Below, piece after piece: positions 1 to 8,612 of a DNA stretch of 44,149 nucleotides. The DNA is taken from the IMG/VR virus record IMGVR_UViG_3300022177_000069, positions 1-44,149 of that record. One strand, given 5' to 3'. The DNA is from a virus. Taxonomy: Duplodnaviria; Caudoviricetes. A program made the translations under genes and the position numbers. The notes beneath the pieces are model-generated. The model was given only the letters and a program-made list of their open reading frames with translations, had not been told where the DNA came from and searched no databases. Numbering within the stretch: position 1 is the first letter of the stretch; each line of letters begins with the position of its first letter.

Positions 1-1197
1 ATGAGAACAAAAATTGCCACAGTTCCGCGCTTGAAGCAATCAGGCAATAAGGACTGGTACGTTTATTTTTCTGTCCTCGATCCGATGACAGAAAAAATGA
101 AACCAATGAAAATCTACAGAGGCTTTAGCAGCTGTCAGACCAAGCAAGCGAAAATTGCATGGGGTGAGAAACTTGTTGCTGAGCTTACGGAGAAACTAAA
201 AAACGGCTGGAATCCGCTGGATGATAAGGAGGTTTATATCTATTCCGATCAGACGGAGTACCTGACTCTCACTAAGAAGTTTAACAGACTACGAAGCTCG
301 GTTAAAAATGTCCGGTATCATGTCACGGAATACCTTAACAGCAGAAAAACAGAGTTGAAGCCCAAATCCTATTCAACCTATCAGAGTAAACTGAGAATCT
401 TTATTAAATGGTTGGAGGAAAATAAGTATGATGAGTATGATGTTTCTGCAATAACTAATAAACACATCCAGAAGTTCTTCCAGTTCCTTATCCAGGACAG
501 CAATTTAGACCGAAGAACCGTAGAAAAGTACTTCCAGATATTAAGAAGCTACTTTGAGTACTTAAGAAAGAAAAGTAAGGTTTTGAATAATCCGGTTATG
601 GATATCAAAATCCCTCCGAAGACTAAAGATATGGCTGCCAGGCCTATCCATGACAGAGACATGAAGCTGCTTCTTACCCATATCCGGGAAGCCAACCCTC
701 AATTGTATCTTGCCTGTATGTTTCAATTCTACCTTGCAATCAGGCCGGGACAGGAACTCCGGCTTATCAAGGTCAGGGATGTAGATGTCTACAATTATAA
801 GGTCGTTGTCGCGGATGAGACAGCCAAAACGAGTCGACGGGTGATTGATCTTCCTAAAGCCTTGGCTGACATAATTATAGATTTCCAGATTGACCGGTAC
901 AACCGGGATTATTATATTTTTGGGAAATTTGGCCTGCCAGGGCCTGATCCTCTGGGACATAACACCCTTCGAAATCGCTTCAATAAATTCCGTGACGCAC
1001 TAAATTTGCCAAAAATCTACAAGTTCTACAGCATGAAACATTCCGGAGGAGGAAAATTACTGGAAGCTGGATTGACTATTGAGGAGATCAGAAACCACTT
1101 TGGGCACAAGAGTATTGAAACTACGGATCATTACTTGCGGAGACACTTCGGAAATAGAAATGCCAGGATTATTAATAAGTTTCCAGCGCCATGGTGA
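1..1197 (+). CDS. Tyrosine recombinase / phage integrase
   Basis: SAM-like core-binding region followed by catalytic motifs AIRPGQE (R), TAK (K), FYSMKH, FGHKS and TTDHY (Y nucleophile). Confidence 0.92.
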   Translation: MRTKIATVPRLKQSGNKDWYVYFSVLDPMTEKMKPMKIYRGFSSCQTKQAKIAWGEKLVAELTEKLKNGWNPLDDKEVYIYSDQTEYLTLTKKFNRLRSSVKNVRYHVTEYLNSRKTELKPKSYSTYQSKLRIFIKWLEENKYDEYDVSAITNKHIQKFFQFLIQDSNLDRRTVEKYFQILRSYFEYLRKKSKVLNNPVMDIKIPPKTKDMAARPIHDRDMKLLLTHIREANPQLYLACMFQFYLAIRPGQELRLIKVRDVDVYNYKVVVADETAKTSRRVIDLPKALADIIIDFQIDRYNRDYYIFGKFGLPGPDPLGHNTLRNRFNKFRDALNLPKIYKFYSMKHSGGGKLLEAGLTIEEIRNHFGHKSIETTDHYLRRHFGNRNARIINKFPAPW

Positions 1198-1221
1198 CTT
1201 GAATAATCTACAAGTAGATTC

Positions 1222-3054
1222 CTAACTTATTTTTACAACATTCAACTGCGTTGCCCCTGCTTGACCTGAGGTGATCGTTGATCCGCCAATGCCCCAAACA
1301 CTTGCCGTATTCGACCATGCCTGCAGTTCCACCCAGCTTTTCCCGCTCACGGTGATGATTGTGCTAAGATGAATGCTTGCACGGTTTACGCTTAGGGATG
1401 CAGGAGCCTGTTCACCGGAGGCTTTTGTCCCGGCCGGGGTGTAAATTCGTGCGGCAATCACACTTAATCCGGTTGAATTGCGGTACATGTGTACCTGGGC
1501 GGTAACCAGGTATGTACCTGCCCCTTCAAGGTCAATGTAGAGCCCGGTAATAGGAACCCAGGTGTTAGCCGCAATTGGGGCCATGGAAGACTGAAGCGCT
1601 GCGTTTTGAGCAGTCAGTGAAGCTGGTGCAGGGGTTGCGGTGAAGATAATGTTTAGTAACCCGGCGCCATCTATGTACGGCGACAATGAAATATTGTTAC
1701 CTGCAACAATTTTCAATCCCCTACTCCCTCCTATCGGCAGCACTCCGTTAGCTCCAACGCAATCTGAGGATCCATTCATTTGACCGCTCTCGTACGCGAT
1801 CTTAAATTTTTCGTACTTATCGGCATCAAGAGTTTTAGTATCTACTCCCACAACATGCCCCTCCCCATTTACCTTAATTCTGGAGATAACCTCAAGTCCT
1901 GGCAACGCTGTGGCCGGTTGAGAAGTAAACCCCGAAGGGTGTGTATATCCGGAGCCCTGTGCCACTGCGTTAATAAAATCAGCGGCCAATACTTTAAAGA
2001 TTGTGCCCCCCTTTGTTATAAGAATATACCCATCCGTATCCAGCCCGGCAAAACTAGCCGGGTCACGTGTCATATAAGCACTATTTGATTCGGTTACTGT
2101 AGACTCTGTATAAGCGGTTTCATCGTGATGAAAGGTAAAGCTAGTCTGAGCGCTTTGTTTTACGAAGCTAAAGGCCAGGCTGGTACTTTTGTTTGTGTTT
2201 TCACCGCCAATATGGTCTGTAACGTTCACCCTTATATTGGTTGTTGATGCCCCTACGAACGTATGACTGATCTGTAGAGGCGCGTAATTCATTATCGAGC
2301 CATTATTATGCGTTGAAATCCTGCACCGGTTAAAGTTGAAGATAACACCAGCATTATTGGCCATGTTCATGGCAACACTGATCACAGGGCTATCAATGCC
2401 ACACAATACATCGTAAAAGTTGCAACTTTCAAAATTTACAGTAATGGACTCCCCGGTATAAGTAGTGTTTAGTTCAATAATATGCCTGTTTGTGCCCGAT
2501 TCAAGAGCAAGGCTGCTTTGCCCTGAGCTTCCGTAAAAAGTTACTCCCCGGAAAGTCGGGCTCCCACGGGTGATAATAATTTTGTATACATCCGCAGGAT
2601 TGGGGTTCAGCAATGTTGAATTATAATGCCTCCATATGCAGAACCGACCAATTATCTCAATGCCGCGGAGATCCAGAAGAAGGTTCTGGGTCATCACAAT
2701 CTCACCAGTGATAAAAATATTCCCACCGGAATAATTTGCCCTTATGGCATTATAGGCTGCAAGAAATTCTGCTAAGCTTGTTACGTAGTAGTTCGGAATG
2801 ATCCCGGCATTCATTTCATCCAGAGCATTACGGATCCCCGTTTCTGATACAACTTCTTCCCCTGTTTGACCAGAAGGCCTTACATCATCTCTGGCACCGC
2901 GAAACTCAACTATGGATTCAATACCTCCGCTTGTTTTCTTTCCATAAATCTTCCCATCGTTGTAATTATAAGACAACTCCGAGGTGGTAAGATCCGTTAC
3001 CTGAGGCACCTTCCCGGCAATTCCAGATTTCTTGAGCCTTATTGGATTTGACAT
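1222..3054 (-). CDS. Tail fibre / receptor-binding protein
   Basis: N-terminal IRLKKS...P...L...EL.YN..DG fibre-attachment-like motif, beta-rich middle and jelly-roll-like C-terminus; last gene of the structural block. Confidence 0.65.
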   Translation of the reverse strand: MSNPIRLKKSGIAGKVPQVTDLTTSELSYNYNDGKIYGKKTSGGIESIVEFRGARDDVRPSGQTGEEVVSETGIRNALDEMNAGIIPNYYVTSLAEFLAAYNAIRANYSGGNIFITGEIVMTQNLLLDLRGIEIIGRFCIWRHYNSTLLNPNPADVYKIIITRGSPTFRGVTFYGSSGQSSLALESGTNRHIIELNTTYTGESITVNFESCNFYDVLCGIDSPVISVAMNMANNAGVIFNFNRCRISTHNNGSIMNYAPLQISHTFVGASTTNIRVNVTDHIGGENTNKSTSLAFSFVKQSAQTSFTFHHDETAYTESTVTESNSAYMTRDPASFAGLDTDGYILITKGGTIFKVLAADFINAVAQGSGYTHPSGFTSQPATALPGLEVISRIKVNGEGHVVGVDTKTLDADKYEKFKIAYESGQMNGSSDCVGANGVLPIGGSRGLKIVAGNNISLSPYIDGAGLLNIIFTATPAPASLTAQNAALQSSMAPIAANTWVPITGLYIDLEGAGTYLVTAQVHMYRNSTGLSVIAARIYTPAGTKASGEQAPASLSVNRASIHLSTIITVSGKSWVELQAWSNTASVWGIGGSTITSGQAGATQLNVVKIS

Positions 3055-4100
3055 TAATAGCTTCCTCCGTCGATTGTGGCATTCTTGATCAAATTATTGA
3101 CAGACACCTTGCCGATCACAGCCCCAGAGGCATCATAAACAGGAACCATGTCAGTCGAAGCATCGATGTCTGCTGCAATGGTGTTCATGCCGTTGATATC
3201 TATCTCAAGCATTACCTTATCTCCTGAAACAGTCTTTTTTAGCCCCCTTGCAGCAGTTACATCGATTTTATCATCCAGATAACCGGCTGCTCCACCGGCA
3301 TTTACTTTGACCTGATATGTGTCACTTACAATACCTGAGAGAAAATTTGTCCGGGTAATTTTGCGTTGCCTTGCCTGGCCGGATTCACTGACATCAATAA
3401 TGATGACAAAGTCATCTGCAGCGATTGCGGTTCCGGTTGCCAGTTCTTCCATGGCAATATCAATTGTGTTACCTGTGATTGATATTCCCAGACCGGCCAC
3501 CATGTTTTTAATTCCTGTAAACGGCTGGATGTCGATATTGGTGGTACCAATAGTAATCGTATCAGAAAATACCCTCCAGATAGTGTCAGCCTGGGTGGTA
3601 CCTTGTGCCACCCCAAACGTAGCACCCATAAGTTCTGAATTGCTATTGGCGTCAGCTGACCTTTGCCAGGCTGAAGCACCGGCAATGTAAATACCGTTCT
3701 GGGTTGCATTGGTTTGCGCAACAACTCCAACACGTGCGCCAGCCGGAACCGAAACACCATCAATGGTCTGTAAACCTGATAAGGTGATATTCCCGGTGGT
3801 AACTACAAGAACATCCGATTTCCAATTCAATCCGGACAACAAATTATCGACTTCTCCCTTTGAATAAACATCAAGGTTGGTCCGTGCTACTGCCTTGTCC
3901 GGTAAATCATTCAGGTTTTGAGCCTTCAGCAGGTAATCACCAAGCTGCGAAGCCTGGCACAAAAGAATTTTAGTGGTTGCCGTCCAGCATATATACAGGT
4001 TCCCCGTATCTACAGCCATTATAAACTCCCCGGGGTTCAGCCCCGTGGTTGGGATGTTGGCATCCACAGCATACCTTTTAATCTTGATCGTATTAGCCAT
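3054..4100 (-). CDS. Phage fibre protein
   Basis: N-terminal IKIKR...L.PGE motif, QNLNDLPDKAVARTNL fibre repeat, TTGNITLSGLQTIDGV...QTNATQNGIY domain common in phage fibres, C-terminal IDGGSY. Confidence 0.75.
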   Translation of the reverse strand: MANTIKIKRYAVDANIPTTGLNPGEFIMAVDTGNLYICWTATTKILLCQASQLGDYLLKAQNLNDLPDKAVARTNLDVYSKGEVDNLLSGLNWKSDVLVVTTGNITLSGLQTIDGVSVPAGARVGVVAQTNATQNGIYIAGASAWQRSADANSNSELMGATFGVAQGTTQADTIWRVFSDTITIGTTNIDIQPFTGIKNMVAGLGISITGNTIDIAMEELATGTAIAADDFVIIIDVSESGQARQRKITRTNFLSGIVSDTYQVKVNAGGAAGYLDDKIDVTAARGLKKTVSGDKVMLEIDINGMNTIAADIDASTDMVPVYDASGAVIGKVSVNNLIKNATIDGGSY

Positions 4101-4111
4101 ATTTGAAAAAT

Positions 4112-5383
4112 TTAAAATTCACCACAATCTATTATTCCACCTTCCTGAACCACAAGATCATTCAGGATAAGGTTCTCTCCGGAGGCAGGTTTAACCTCAT
4201 TGGTTTTAACCGGCTGCAGGAAAGTTTTTACGCCATCCACACTCTGATCACCAAACACCCTGACATAGATATCATCCCAGATTAGAGGCATTCCGGAAAA
4301 TTCAGAGATCATTCCCGGCAGCTGTGCAATAATGGATGAATTATTCAGGTACCGGCTTTGCCTTGAATATGAGAAGTTGAAGCTGTAATGGTTCAGCTCA
4401 GTCTTTACATCTTTGGCCTCAAATGAGTTTATAACAATGCGCAATGGCAAACCGTTTACATAATGATACCGGTTAATACTGGCCAGAAAATCATTGGTCC
4501 AAAGCAGCTCGTACCCGTTCCTGAAGTAACCGGTACTCTTATCGAAAACCTTTTTGAAAATGAGATCATATTCCAGGGTATCCTTGTCAAAGAGTGCACT
4601 CTTATATTCATGGTTTACACCATGACTGAGCTCACCGGTAAACCTGATTACATCGAAACCGCCAAGGGAGTTCTCAAACGCAAAGAGGTCATCAAATTCA
4701 TGGTACTCATCTGTTAGGACAAACCGCTGAGAATATGTTTTTTTATCCTGGCCTTCGTCCTCTATCCAGCAGTCAATGTAATATGGAGCGCGGTCCTCAT
4801 CTGCAAACTGCTCCCAAAGCAGTTGAAATTTCACATTCATGGAGGTCTTCCTCCCATAAGGTAGAGAATAAAACAGAATTGGATCAGAAGTAATCAGTTC
4901 TCCATTCTCCAGCCAAGTAGCCTGGATAAATAATCTTGATTCTGCGACAGCATAATATGTGAGCCACTGAGGATCCAGGTACTTAACTTTCTTTACCCGT
5001 GGCATCCATGAAAGGAAATTAGACCTAAGAAATGCTGCAGAATCAACCATTTCAGAATTTACTCCACCCTTGACCAGTCTGAAGGCATAAACACCTGTTC
5101 CATGCTGTTCAGGTATGTGTATCTCAAAATCAGCAACAGAATTACTTTGATCTACCAGAGTGCCGGTAACAGGTACGATCGTGGAAAGCTGACCATCCAG
5201 CAAATCTCTCAACTTGAGGCTGATCACGTTATTACCGCTTTGTACATACTCTTCTTCGAGAAGCAGAACACCGTTCTTGTATATTGATACAATAGCTGAA
5301 TCATCCTGAAAAACTACTTCTTCAGGGAAGTTGCCGCTCAGCATAAGTTCAGGCAAATCAGCGATTCCTACTTTTTGCGCCAT
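4112..5383 (-). CDS. Putative tail-tip / structural protein
   Basis: 423 aa; FENSLGGFD motif of the kind seen in Bacteroidota phage tail proteins; GDQSVDGVKTF fibre repeat near the C-terminus; position in the tail block. Confidence 0.55.
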   Translation of the reverse strand: MAQKVGIADLPELMLSGNFPEEVVFQDDSAIVSIYKNGVLLLEEEYVQSGNNVISLKLRDLLDGQLSTIVPVTGTLVDQSNSVADFEIHIPEQHGTGVYAFRLVKGGVNSEMVDSAAFLRSNFLSWMPRVKKVKYLDPQWLTYYAVAESRLFIQATWLENGELITSDPILFYSLPYGRKTSMNVKFQLLWEQFADEDRAPYYIDCWIEDEGQDKKTYSQRFVLTDEYHEFDDLFAFENSLGGFDVIRFTGELSHGVNHEYKSALFDKDTLEYDLIFKKVFDKSTGYFRNGYELLWTNDFLASINRYHYVNGLPLRIVINSFEAKDVKTELNHYSFNFSYSRQSRYLNNSSIIAQLPGMISEFSGMPLIWDDIYVRVFGDQSVDGVKTFLQPVKTNEVKPASGENLILNDLVVQEGGIIDCGEF

Positions 5384-5829
5384 AAAAGAAGAAGTATAAT
5401 CGAACCTACCAGGGCACCCAGGGAAATCAATAAGAAACCATCGACAAACCTTTCAAGTAAGCCAGGCTTTTTCTCAACAAACCTTATAACGGATGTTGTA
5501 TCAGTCTGGCTTTCGAACCTCCTGTACATATTCAGGTAAACCGCCATACTGTCAACTTTGCAATCAAAAATTGCCTTGTTTTCCTTTACTGTCAATGAAG
5601 GTCTCACAGCCCTGCCGGTCATAAGCTTTTCAATTTCGCTCAAGTAGGCATTTCCCAGGCTGTCGCAGCGAATGAGAGCAACAATGCTGGCACTATCTGG
5701 TAAGGTATACACGACAGTATCAACCTGTCTTTCGATTACCATGCTCCTGCTTATAGTGCTGGACAATGGCTTGTTGCTTTTGCAGGAAGCCATTGCTAAA
5801 AGTAGTAGCAAGAAAATGATCTTTTTCAT
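5368..5829 (-). CDS. Lipoprotein with C-terminal TM helix; candidate unimolecular spanin
   Basis: Signal/lipobox MKKIIFLLLLLAMASC and C-terminal hydrophobic segment FLLISLGALVGSIILLLLW-RKK; directly after the endolysin. Confidence 0.65.
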   Translation of the reverse strand: MKKIIFLLLLLAMASCKSNKPLSSTISRSMVIERQVDTVVYTLPDSASIVALIRCDSLGNAYLSEIEKLMTGRAVRPSLTVKENKAIFDCKVDSMAVYLNMYRRFESQTDTTSVIRFVEKKPGLLERFVDGFLLISLGALVGSIILLLLWRKK

Positions 5830-5836
5830 AGCGTAA

Positions 5837-6382
5837 TTATGAAATACCTAAAACCTGTTTGCACCTTTCGTAATGCTTCAATCGATCTTGAAATCCGTTT
5901 AGACCCCCGTTAATCTTGATAGTTATTTTTTTAAAATCTCCCGCATCAGCAAGATCATTCAGGTTGTGCCGAAACCAGTACCAACCTGATACCAGGGCAG
6001 CCCAGCGGGGTTGCTCAAGCAGCTCAGGATTCTTTAGGAAATCAACCCCAAAATATTCTGAAGCTTTCCGGTAGTTTGCTGTGCCGGTCAGTTGAATAAG
6101 GCCCCTGCCCTTGTAGCGTTCACCATCATCATCGTCCTCCGGAGTGTTCCCCAGGCGAACCGCCAAAGCTCCCACATCATAAGCCTGGCCGCTGGCAATT
6201 TCTTTGACGTATTTCAGGGATCCTGACTCATGAGTTATCTGCGCGATAAAAGCAGCCTGTCTCCGGGGTGTGTTTATGGCAAACCGTTGCAGGGTTTCAT
6301 TAAGTGGCGTTAGGAACCTGGTAATATTGATGCCCGATGCATTGGGCATCATTTTTTTGAGTTGATCTCCGGATAGCTGCAT
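5837..6382 (-). CDS. Endolysin, glycoside hydrolase family 19 (chitinase-like)
   Basis: AAFIAQITHES, YKGRGLIQLTG..NY and KINGG.NG..DR motifs. Confidence 0.9.
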   Translation of the reverse strand: MQLSGDQLKKMMPNASGINITRFLTPLNETLQRFAINTPRRQAAFIAQITHESGSLKYVKEIASGQAYDVGALAVRLGNTPEDDDDGERYKGRGLIQLTGTANYRKASEYFGVDFLKNPELLEQPRWAALVSGWYWFRHNLNDLADAGDFKKITIKINGGLNGFQDRLKHYERCKQVLGIS

Positions 6383-6747
6383 GATGGAATCTTTTCGTCG
6401 TAATTTTTGTTGAATTTCTTTAATTCATCCAATAACTTCCTATTTTCATTCCTGGCTTCTTTCAGTTGCCTTTCCAGTGAAGACATCTGTTCTTTTAAGG
6501 CTTTATTTTCAAGTAAAACTGTGCTAAACCTCTCCTGGATGGAGGAGTTCTCCTCTCTCAGCTCACGGATCTCATCTTTCAGTCTCTTTTCCAAATCTTC
6601 ACTGAGTTCGCGCCAGATCTTGGCTGCCTTTTCAACGTTATCCAGTTCATTAGTTGTTGTTTCAGCTTTGTATTTTCGTCGGCTCAGAAACCATGTAACT
6701 ATGGCCGTAAAAGCGGAAGGAAGTGATACAAGGAGGATGTCATTCAT
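6349..6747 (-). CDS. Holin-like protein (single N-terminal TM plus coiled coil)
   Basis: Hydrophobic N-terminus followed by SRRK and a long coiled coil; first gene of the lysis cassette. Confidence 0.5.
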   Translation of the reverse strand: MNDILLVSLPSAFTAIVTWFLSRRKYKAETTTNELDNVEKAAKIWRELSEDLEKRLKDEIRELREENSSIQERFSTVLLENKALKEQMSSLERQLKEARNENRKLLDELKKFNKNYDEKIPSCSYPEINSKK

Positions 6748-6761
6748 TTTACCCGTTTTAT

Positions 6762-6800
6762 GGCAAAATAAAGTCGTGAAGATTCGGAAGAAAAGGACAA
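6762..6800 (-). promoter_or_regulatory. Late-promoter motif copy 1 (upstream of lysis/fibre genes)
   Basis: Minus strand TTGTCCTTT-N21-TATTTTGCC; the same motif and spacing recur at three other operon starts. Confidence 0.7.
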
Positions 6801-6801
6801 C

Positions 6802-8610
6802 CTAACACTCAATCAGATCCACATCTACAAGGCTGAGATGCATGTGAGACAATGAATAATTGAGTTTCTGAATGTAAAATAACCGGCCTTTCAAAAACAC
6901 TTTATCCCGGATGTCCAGTTTCTTAAGCTCGAGGGGTGAAAGCAGAAAAGACCCTTTCACTTTCATTTTATCCTTTTCAGTCCAGGCTTTCATCATTCCG
7001 TGATATTTCTCAATAAGGCCATCAGGCCCCTCCGGATGGAGAGAAGTATTAAGGTGTTTCACCCCAAAATGATCAGTATGGTGCGACATGATGAGCGGAT
7101 ATTCACTGCCATCATTCTCAAGTGTGCCCGCCATTCCAGCCCAGAACATAATACTAGGTGGTTCTGAAAGCCCCTTTTTCTCAATTACAGGAACCCACCA
7201 GTGTTTCTTCTGGATGATATCTGCATAGGGCGCTTTATCCTGCCACCAATACTGATCAATGGCCATATCTGCCGGCCGGATATCTGAAATGACTTCTGTC
7301 TTGTCCCGGCTGCCATCTGGTTCGCGGGAAGCAAGCGGGCTGTGCCTGATATCAAAAGTTAACCATGGAAGCGAATCCAGGCCCCGGAGTTTCCGGGTGA
7401 TGTTATACTGGCCACCGGTGGATCCATCTGCGTATACAGTCCCGGATTCGCTCCCAGATGAGACTGCAGTGTCAAAAATTTCTTTAACAGAGCTATAGGT
7501 TCTAAGCATATCTTCTTCCGACTTATCAACTCCATCATACCGGAAGATATAGTCCCTCGCTTCTTCATAAGTTATAATCGGATCCCCCGCAAGTTTTCCA
7601 TCCCAGTTTAGCCTTACCTGCCGGTTCATAACATCATTTGAAAACTCCATGCGGTATTTCACGCCAGGATATGCCGTAATGCAAAAGATTTTCATGAGGT
7701 TTTTCAGCAATTCCCTGAAGGGATAAGATTGCAGAAATGACTTCATTTCCCAGGATATGGGGATTAAACCATTCGAAGCGTTATAAGAGTCCACCAGCGG
7801 GAACATTACATCCTGGCGATGCTCCTCCATTGGAGGGATCCAGTACCAGCTATACAAGTTATCAAAACTGAAGTACTTATGGTTCATGCTGATAAGAACC
7901 AGTTTAGCCAGGTCTCCGGAGGCAAAAGGGTTTGACGCCAGGTATGTCCCGAACGCCTGCTCTATAATTTTATGCACAAAAGGGAAAGGCAGGATAGGCG
8001 TGTGGGCTTTCTCCTGATCTGTGATAAAGAAGTTCTTTGTTACCGGGTTAAAGTAATTGATGTATTGTTTAACACTGTTTACCATCCCTCCGGCACTTTC
8101 AGATCCTGACCAGGAAACCTCCCTCAGCCTGACCGGTGCAATAACATAATCTGAGCCCTGGTAGGCCATGCCCCTCATGGATAAGACATATTCTTCCAAT
8201 TCCTGGGACTGGTAGTTCAGGTCTTCAGCATGATACTGGAAAGAACCATACTGCCTTGACCCCAGATCGATTTTATTCAGGTTTACGGCTATTTGCTCAG
8301 GCTCCCGGCTTCCTTTAAATTGTAGTTTAATGGTTGGATCTGTTTCAATAAGAAGTATTTCCCCCCGGGCCAATACTAACCCGCTGAAACGGATCTCGGC
8401 CGGCAAGCGCTTGTGTATTGAAGCTGAAGAAATGCGCACAGGGAAACCCAGCACTTTCAGGTTCCAGGGCGTTGGAGGAACATCAAACGAAAGTGAATAG
8501 GGGGCAGGAACCCTATCATCCATGAACAAAGGGTTTTCCTCAATAAAATTAACTACAATGTCATTTGACAAGTTAAGGGCTAAGCCTTGCCCCACAATTA
8601 CTTCAAGCAT
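6802..8610 (-). CDS. Tail protein (hub/tip) downstream of tape measure
   Basis: 602 aa immediately after the TMP; N-terminal ENPLF...YSLSFDVP.TP.N motif typical of Bacteroidota phage tail proteins. Confidence 0.6.
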   Translation of the reverse strand: MLEVIVGQGLALNLSNDIVVNFIEENPLFMDDRVPAPYSLSFDVPPTPWNLKVLGFPVRISSASIHKRLPAEIRFSGLVLARGEILLIETDPTIKLQFKGSREPEQIAVNLNKIDLGSRQYGSFQYHAEDLNYQSQELEEYVLSMRGMAYQGSDYVIAPVRLREVSWSGSESAGGMVNSVKQYINYFNPVTKNFFITDQEKAHTPILPFPFVHKIIEQAFGTYLASNPFASGDLAKLVLISMNHKYFSFDNLYSWYWIPPMEEHRQDVMFPLVDSYNASNGLIPISWEMKSFLQSYPFRELLKNLMKIFCITAYPGVKYRMEFSNDVMNRQVRLNWDGKLAGDPIITYEEARDYIFRYDGVDKSEEDMLRTYSSVKEIFDTAVSSGSESGTVYADGSTGGQYNITRKLRGLDSLPWLTFDIRHSPLASREPDGSRDKTEVISDIRPADMAIDQYWWQDKAPYADIIQKKHWWVPVIEKKGLSEPPSIMFWAGMAGTLENDGSEYPLIMSHHTDHFGVKHLNTSLHPEGPDGLIEKYHGMMKAWTEKDKMKVKGSFLLSPLELKKLDIRDKVFLKGRLFYIQKLNYSLSHMHLSLVDVDLIEC

Positions 8611-8612
8611 AG

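Noticed and set aside
1222-4100. Diversity-generating retroelement or invertible fibre shufflon
   Set aside because: No reverse transcriptase, no TR/VR duplicate and no inverted alternative C-termini were seen.
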